From: an uncultured Thermoleophilia bacterium
Lineage (GTDB): Bacteria; Actinomycetota; Thermoleophilia; Miltoncostaeales; Miltoncostaeaceae
Length of the DNA stretch: 64,000 nucleotides
Direction of reading: 5' to 3'
Assembly: GCA_963784365.1 (NCBI GenBank)
Contig: CAWAQS010000006.1
Span: 1,296,930-1,360,929 of the forward strand
This document shows, piece by piece, positions 57,465 to 64,000 of the stretch. The notes under the pieces were generated by a model. It was given only the letters and a program-made list of their open reading frames with translations, was not told the DNA's origin and did not search any database. The position numbers and the translations under genes are program-made. The first letter of the stretch is position 1. Each line of letters opens with the position of its first letter.

Positions 57465-58172
57465 CCCGGCCCGAGGCCCCGGGCCACCGCCGATCCGAGC
57501 GCCAGCGCGGCGGCGGCGCTGGTCGCGATGCCGACCACCGCGCGGCGGGGGCCCGCGTCCACGACCACCAGCTGGTGGCCCGCGCCGGGGTAGACGGCCA
57601 CCGGGTGCCCGGTGACGCGGGTGCGCAGGCGGGCCGGCCGGCCGATGAGGCCGACGATGTCGCGGGGAATGGGGGGCACGGCGACGCCCGGCCGGGCCGC
57701 GATGCCGATCAGGACGCCGATCGTCGTCGCCGCGCGTGGCCTGGGCGATCTCCACGGCGTACCCCGACGCCGGCCCGCTCACGCCGTTCAGCACGGCGTT
57801 GCGCGTGCGGAACACCAGCGACTCGCGGGCCGTCCCGATCGGGACGGGGGCGACGGTGTAGCCCGGGACCCGGGCCGGCAGCGTGGGGACGCCGCTCGCC
57901 GGGGTGGCGGGGGTGGTCGCGCTGGCTCCCGGGCGCGGCGCACCGGCGGTCGGTGCGGGCGTGGTGCCGGCGGCGACGGCGACCGCCAGGACCGCGAGGA
58001 GGACGGCGAGTGCCGCCGACACGACGAGGGGGAACCGGCGGCTGTCCACGTGCGGATGCTGGGGGCCCGGCGGGCGGGCGGCAAGCGGGCGTTGGCGGTC
58101 TCCGCCCGGGATCCCGACGCCCAGCGCGTTCGCGCTCCCGGCGCGCTCGCCCCTTCGGGTGATCCGCCTCAC
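57461..58172 (-). CDS. Hypothetical membrane-anchored protein (TM + Ala/Pro/Thr linker + small C-terminal beta domain), frameshifted
   Basis: 'FPLVVSAALAVLLAVLAVAVAAG' TM, 'TTPAPTAGAPRPGASATTPATPASG' linker, C-terminus '…HPVAVYPGAGHQLVVVDAGPRR'. No confident family assignment. Confidence 0.35.
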
Positions 58173-58185
58173 CCGAACGCGCGAG

Positions 58186-59504
58186 CTACAAGAGCGTCTG
58201 GCTGATCAGGAAGGCGTTGAGCGCGACGATCAGGACCACGACCACCGATGCGATCGCGGTGGTCGCGCGGCGGTTCACCAGCCCGCCCATCAGCTCGCGG
58301 TTGCGGCAGAAGCCGAGCAGCGGGATCAGCGCGAAGGGGATCCCGAACGACAGGACCACCTGGCTGAGGATGAGGGCGTCCGTGGGGTTGACGCCGATCG
58401 CCAGCACGATCAGGGCCGGAGCCATCGTCAGGCCGCGCCGCAGGAAGAGCGGGATGCGGCGGTCGATGAAGCCCTGCATGACCACCTGGCCGGCCAGCGT
58501 CCCCACCGACGACGACGAGAGGCCGGACGCCAGGAGCGCGATGCCGAAGGCGATCTGGGCGTTGGAGCCCACGAGCTCGCCCAGCAGGTCGAAGACCTGG
58601 TCGATGTCGCTCACGCCGGTCAGGCCGCGGCTGTGGAAGACGGCCGCCGCCATGATCAGCATCGACATGTTGATCAGCCCGGCGATGGTCATCGCGATGA
58701 TCACGTCGGTCCGCTCGAAGCGGAAGATCCTGCGCCGCTCCTCCTCCGTGCGCCCCATCACGCGCCGCTGGGTGAGGGCCGAGTGCAGGTAGATGACGTG
58801 CGGCATCACGGTCGCGCCGAGGATGCCGGTGGCCAGCAGGACGCTCTCGGTGCCGTCGAACTGCGGCACCAGGAGGCCGTGGGCGATGCCCGACGGCGCC
58901 GGGTGGGTGAAGAAGAACTGGACCGCGAAGCCCACCAGGATCACGCCCACGAAGGCCGCGATGGCGATCTCGAGCGCCCGCACGCCGCGCGACTGGAGGG
59001 CGAGGATCCCGAACGAGAAGACGCCCGTCAGCACCCCGGCCCAGAAGAGCGGGATGCCGAAGAGCAGGTAGAAGCCGAGCGCCGCGCCGATGAACTCGGC
59101 CAGGTCGGTGGCCATGGCGATCAGCTCGGCCTGGACCCAGAGGGCGCGCGAGACCGGCTTCGGGTAGCGCGCCCGGCAGACCTCCGGGAGGTTCATGCCG
59201 GTGGCGATCCCGAGCTTGGCGGACATCGTCTGGATCAGCATCGCCATGAGGTTCGACGCCAGGATCACCCACAGCAGCATGTAGCCGAACTGGGATCCCG
59301 CGGCCACGTTGGTCGCGAAGTTCCCCGGATCCACGTAGGCGACCGCGGCGATGAACGCCGGGCCGAGGAAGGGCAGCACCGCCCGGAATCCGCGCGCACC
59401 GCCGCCCAGGGAGCGCGCGGCGGCGTCGGCGACGCGGGCCTCGCCGGGGAGGACGCCCTCGAGGAGGTCGTCGGGCGCGGCCGCGGGGGGCGCGGTCGTC
59501 ATCG
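58186..59504 (-). CDS. mntH: Nramp-family divalent metal (Mn2+/Fe2+) transporter
   Basis: Intact from 'MTTAPPAAAPDDLL…'. 'FLGPAFIAAVAYVDPGNFATNVAAGSQFGYMLLWVIL' (Nramp DPGN motif) and 'MPHVIYLHSAL' (conserved TM6 His). Confidence 0.85.
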
Positions 59505-59594
59505 GCGGGTCGTGGGTGCGTGGGGTGGGAGATGGCGGCACCGTGGGGGATACGCGACCGGCCGGCACGTGGATCAGTCGCGTGGTCGAGTTGC

Positions 59595-59612
59595 AGCTAG
59601 TCATGACTAACT
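59595..59612. promoter_or_regulatory. 18-bp near-perfect palindrome AGCTAGTCATGACTAACT (16/18 symmetric) in the mntH / multicopper-oxidase divergent promoter
   Basis: Core TAGTCA|TGACTA is perfectly symmetric. It is 14 bp upstream of the MCO GTG and about 90 bp upstream of the mntH ATG. Candidate metalloregulator operator. Confidence 0.35.
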
Positions 59613-59625
59613 GTAGAAGATAGCC

Positions 59626-60632
59626 GTGGCGAAAAGTGGATTGACCCGGCGGCAGGTCCTGGTCGGCGCGGCCCCCATCGTGGCGGCGCTGCCGATGGCG
59701 GGGCTGGCGACGGTGCCCTCGCTCGGGGGCGCGTCGGCCGCCGCCGCGCCGGAGCCGGCCCACGCCGGCCACGGCCACGCGGCGATGTTCGGCGCCGGAG
59801 GCCCCGGCGCCCGGGCGGCCCGAACGACCTGGACGCCCTGCTGATCCCGCCGCCGGCGCTGCCCCACCAGCCCGGGCGGGTGCGCCGCTACTCCATCGCC
59901 GCGCTGGACCGCGAGGTGGAGGTCGCCCCGGGGGTCTTCTTCCCGGCCTGGACCTACAACGGCACGGTGCCGGGCCCGGTGATCCGGGCCACCCAGGACG
60001 ACATCCTGGAGGTGGAGTTCACCAACGCCGGCTCCCACCCCCACACGATCCACTTCCACGGCATCCACCCGTCCGGGATGGACGGCGTCTTCGAGATCGT
60101 GGAGCCCGGCGGCACCTTCACGTACCGCTTCCCGGCCATGCCGTGGGGCATGCAGCTCTACCACTGCCACGCCACGCCCCTGAAGAAGCACATCCACAAG
60201 GGGCTCTACGGGGCCTTCATCATCGACCCCCCGACGCCGCGGGCCCCGGCCCAGGAGCTGGTGATGGTGATGAACGGCTTCGACACCGACGGCGACGGCG
60301 AGAACAACTTCTACACGGTCAACGGGAAGGCGTTCTACTACGCCAAGTACCCGATCCGCGTGAGGCGCTCGGAGACGGTCCGCATCTACCTGGCGAACCT
60401 CACCGAGTTCGACCTGATCAACTCGTTCCACCTGCACGGCGAGTTCTTCCGCTACTACCGCACCGGCAGCACGGACCACTTCGAGTACACCGACACGGTC
60501 ATGCAGTGCCAGGGCGAGCGCGGGATCGTCGAGATCGACTTCCACCACGCGGGCCGCTTCATGTTCCACGCCCACCAGTCCGAGTTCGCCGACCTGGGGT
60601 GGATGGGCTTCTTCGAGGTCGAGGACGCGTGA
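59626..60632 (+). CDS. Tat-secreted small multicopper oxidase/cupredoxin-domain protein, frameshift near 59830
   Basis: Twin-arginine signal 'LTRRQVLVGAAPIVAALPMAGLA' (frame of 59626..59844). Then copper ligands 'HTIHFHGIH', 'YHCHATP', 'HLHGEF', 'FMFHAHQSEF' in the frame of 59880..60632. Confidence 0.65.
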
Positions 60633-61846
60633 GCACCGAGCCGGTCCGGCGCGTCGCGCGGCGGTCCGTGGGGCGTGAGGGTCCTGGCGCTCGTCCCGAT
60701 CGTCCTGCTCGTGGCGATCGCGGCGGCCTTCGTCGCCTCGGGCAGCTCCATCACGGGTCTGATCGGCGGCAACCCGCCCCCCGCCGACACGCTCGAGATG
60801 CGCCGGGTGGAGTTCCACGACGGCCAGATCCGGCTGCTGGTGCGCAACCCCCAGCCCGAGGACATCACGATCGCCGTGGTCACGGTGGACGACGCGGTCG
60901 TGCCCGTTCACGGTCGACGGGCCCACCACCCTCGGCCGCCTGCGCTCGACCCACATCGACATCCCGTTCACCTGGGTCGCGGGCGACCCCTACCTCCTGG
61001 GCGTGACGAGCTCGACGGGCATCCAGTCGACGATCGCCGTGCCCGCGGCCGTCGAGACGCCGTCGGCGAGCGGCGCGGCGTTCGGGGGGTACGCGCTGAT
61101 CGGCCTCCTGGTGGGCGTGGTCCCGGTCGCGCTGGGGATGCTCTGGCTGCCGTCGCTGCGCCGCGCGGACCCGCGCTGGCTCGCGGCCTTCATGGCCCTC
61201 ACGGGCGGCCTGCTGACCTTCCTGGCCGTGGACGCCCTCGCCGAGGCCCTCGAGCTGCAGGGCGCCCTGCCCGGCGCGCTGGGGGGGCCGGGGCTGGTGC
61301 TGGCCGGGCGTCGCGGCCAGCTACCTCGGCCTGGCCTGGGTCTCCCACCGCCTCTCCCGGCGCGAGCCGGGCGCCGCGGCCGGGGCGCCGCTCGCCGGCC
61401 TCGCCCTCGCGACGATGGTCGCGATCGGCATCGGCATCCACAACCTCAGCGAGGGCCTGGCGATCGGCTCGTCGTTCGCCGTCGGGCAGCTCGCGCTCGG
61501 GACCTTCCTGGTCGTGGGCTTCATGGTCCACAACGTCACCGAGGGGCTCGGCATCGTCGCCCCCGTGGCGGACGGCCGGCGCGTGAGCGCGGTCCGGCTC
61601 GGCGTGCTGGCGCTGGTGGCCGGCGCCCCGACGATCGTCGGGGCCTGGATCGGGGGCTTCCTCACCAACGAGATCCTGGTCGTCCTGTTCTTCTCGCTCG
61701 CGGTCGGCGCGGCGCTGCAGGTGGTCGTCGAGGTCGGCCGCTACATCGCCCGGCGCGCGCCGGGCGGGCTCGGCTCCGGCTGGGTGGTCGGCGGCTTCCT
61801 CGCCGGGATCGCCGTCATGTACCTGACGGGCCTGCTGGCGGGTTAG
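60632..61846 (+). CDS. ZIP-family metal (Zn/Fe) transporter with N-terminal extracytoplasmic domain, frameshifted
   Basis: 'MVAIGIGIHNLSEGLAIGSSFAVGQLALGTFLVVGFMVHNVTEGLGIVAP' (two HNxxEG motifs of ZIP TM4/TM5) and C-terminal TMs. Pieces lie in three frames. Confidence 0.65.
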
Positions 61847-61871
61847 GGCAGCTCACCGCTCCCGAGGGCGC

Positions 61872-62806
61872 TCACGCGTGCTCCTCGCCGCGGCCGGGCT
61901 CGGTGATCGTGTGGAGCCGGCGGTCGCTCTCGTGCTCCACCTGCAGCGTCGTGTGATGGATGTGGAAGTCGTGCTCCAGCATCTCGGCCACCTCGCGGCG
62001 GCGCGCGTGGCAGTCCTCGCCGGGGCCGACCAGGACGTGCGCGGACAGCGCGGGGAAGCCCGAGGTGATGGTCCAGACGTGGAGGTCGTGCACCTCGCGC
62101 ACCCCCGGCACGGCGGCCATGCTGCGCCCGACCTCGTCCGCGTCGATGCCCTCGGGGGAGGCCTCGAGCAGGACCGCGATCGACTCGCGCAGGACCCGCC
62201 AGGCGCCGATCAGCACCAGGACCCCGATCGCCAGCGCGGCGACGGGATCGGCGGCCCACCACCCGAAGGCCATGGCCAGCAGCGCCGCCACCACGACCCC
62301 GGCCGAGCCGAGCAGGTCGGCCAGCACGTGGAAGAGCGCCGCGCGGACGTTGAGGCTCTCGCCTCCGGACCGCCAGAGGATCCCCGCCGCCGACCAGGTT
62401 GACCACCAGCCCGACCAGCCCGATCACCAGGGTGGGCACGGCGTCGAAGTGGGGCGGGTCGGGCAGCCGCTGCAGCGCCTCGATGATGATCCAGATGCCC
62501 ACCGCGACCAGGGCCACGCCGTTCGCCAGCGCGGCGAGGATCTCGGCGCGCCGCCAGCCGAAGCTCATCCGCGCCGTGGGCGGACGGCGCGCGAGCCAGA
62601 CGGCGCCGAGCGCCAGCGCGAGGGACGCGGCATCCGAGAGCATGTGGCCGGCGTCGGCGAGCAGGGCGACGCTCCCGGCGAGGAGGCCGCCCACGACCTC
62701 GAGCACGGCGAAGCCCGGCGGTGATCGCGAGGACGATCCCGAGCGCGCGCGCGTCGGCGGCGCGTCCGCCGGCTCCGTGGTCGTGTGAGTGGCCGATGCC
62801 CGGCAC
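61872..62806 (-). CDS. Cation diffusion facilitator (CzcD-like Co/Zn/Cd efflux), frameshifted
   Basis: His-rich N-terminus 'MPGIGHSHDHGAGG', 'LLADAGHMLSDAASLALAL', 'HVLADLLGSAGVVVAALL', C-terminal domain 'REVHDLHVWTITSGFPALSAHVLV'. Confidence 0.7.
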
Positions 62807-62900
62807 GCTCGCAGGTCGCGGCGGACGCTGTCCGGCAGTTGACGGACTTCGTCAGCCCGATCCCCATCCGCGGCCCGCCGTATGTCAGCATCACCGGCCG

Positions 62901-63798
62901 ATGGCCGACGACACCACCACCCGGCGGGCGCACGCCGACCCGCCGCCCGACCTCGAGCCCCGCGTGGGCGTGCTCCTCGAGGCGCTCCCGTACATCCGGG
63001 AGTTCGCCGGGGAGACGATCGTGATCAAGTACGGCGGCGCGGCGATGACGACGCCCGGAGCTGAAGGCCTCCTTCGCGCGCGACGTGGCGCTGCTGAAGC
63101 TGGTGGGCATGAACCCGGTGGTCGTGCACGGCGGCGGCCCGGACATCTCCCGCTACTCGGACCGCCTCGGCCTCGAGGTGCGCTTCGTCCAGGGGCTGCG
63201 GGTGACCGACGCGCCCACCATGGAGCTCGTGAAGATGGTGCTGGTGGGCAAGATCAACAAGGAGATCGTGGCCCAGCTGCACGTGGCCGGAGCGCCCGCC
63301 GTGGGCCTGGCGGGCGACGACGGCGGGCTGATCGAGGCCGAGAAGGCGCAGAGCCCCGACGCCGACCTCGGCTTCGTGGGCCAGGTGGCCAGCATCGACC
63401 CGTGGGTGCTCGAGAGCCTCGCCGAGTTCGTCCCGGTGGTCGCGTCCGTCGGGGTCGACGCCGACGGCCAGAGCTACAACATCAACGCCGACACGGTGGC
63501 CGGCCGGCTGGCGGCGGCGCTGGGCGCGCGCAAGGTCATCTTCCTCACCGACGTCGACGGCATCCTCCGCGACGTGTCCGACCCGGCCAGCCTGATCAGC
63601 GAGTGCCGGGCGCGCGACGTGCGCGGGCTGATCGAGTCGGGCGCCGTCGGGGCGGGGATGATCCCCAAGCTCGGCGCCGTGGTGGACGCGCTGGAGGGCG
63701 GGGTGGGCGCCGCCCACATCGTCGACGGCCGGGTGCCCCACTCCGTGCTGATCGAGATCTTCACCGAGACCGGCATCGGGACCAAGGTGACGCAGTGA
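62901..63798 (+). CDS. argB: Acetylglutamate kinase, frameshift near 63050
   Basis: 'ETIVIKYGGAAM', 'NPVVVHGGGPDI', 'GFVGQVASIDP', 'NINADTVAGRLAAALGARKVIFLTDVDG'. Confidence 0.8.
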
Positions 63799-64000
63799 TC
63801 GACGAGGTGCTCGTCCAGCGGGAGGCCGCGGCCCTGATGCCGACCTACCGGCGCCAGCCGGTCGCGTTCGTGCGCGGCGAGGGGGCCGCCCTCTTCGACG
63901 CCGAGGACCGCCGCTACGTGGACTGCATGGCGGGCATCTCGATGAACAACGTCGGCCACTGCCACCCGGCGGTCGTGCGGGCGATCACCGAGCAGGCCGC
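63795..64000 (+). CDS. argD: Acetylornithine aminotransferase (5' part, runs off the window)
   Basis: The GTG overlaps the argB stop. 'LMPTYRRQPVAFVRGEGAALFDAEDRRYVDCMAGISMNNVGHCHPAVVRAITEQA'. Confidence 0.8.
   Translation, partial: MIDEVLVQREAAALMPTYRRQPVAFVRGEGAALFDAEDRRYVDCMAGISMNNVGHCHPAVVRAITEQA

Noticed and set aside
59626-59844. 72-aa ORF with a twin-arginine motif as a separate small protein
   Set aside because: It is the Tat signal peptide of the downstream multicopper oxidase, displaced by a frameshift near 59830.

Overview
This is a 64 kb window of high-GC (about 70-72 %) actinobacterial-type chromosome, densely coding on both strands. No mobile-element genes or CRISPR arrays were found. 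The central part is a conserved housekeeping block: comF-hpf-secA-prfB-ftsE-ftsX-ctpA-rnr-smpB. The 5' side carries a two-component system, an MFS transporter, an M20 peptidase and an envelope/GDP-mannose cluster (LCP, ugd, manC-like, PGI/PMI, mtnA-like). Downstream of smpB there is a convergent ABC transporter and lutABC, then a tmRNA (ssrA) gene identified from its tag-peptide reading frame (...KLALAA*), the G3:U70 acceptor pair and the 5' GUUUCGACGG motif. A roughly 20 kb accessory-looking stretch follows. It holds an AAA+ ATPase divergent from a wHTH/alpha-beta-hydrolase fusion regulator with palindromic repeats between them, AzlCD with an SPFH protein, a GlxA/ABM pair, a glycine-rich secreted protein, an M1 peptidase, a zf-UBP protein, an internally duplicated hydrolase, a ferric-reductase-TM/ApbE module with a duplicated 5' region, a polysaccharide deacetylase, YaaA, an FAD monooxygenase, an aldo/keto reductase and a GGDEF cyclase. 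The 3' part carries hup, proA, infC-rpmI-rplT, trmH, pheST and argC-argJ ... argB-argD. The arg operon is split between argJ and argB by a 5.4 kb metal-homeostasis block (mntH, Tat-type multicopper oxidase, ZIP, CDF) with an 18-bp near-perfect palindrome in its divergent promoter. Many clearly conserved genes can only be read by joining two or three adjacent frames, so they carry single-base indels; this looks like sequence or assembly error rather than real pseudogenisation. Coordinates of frameshifted genes are therefore approximate.
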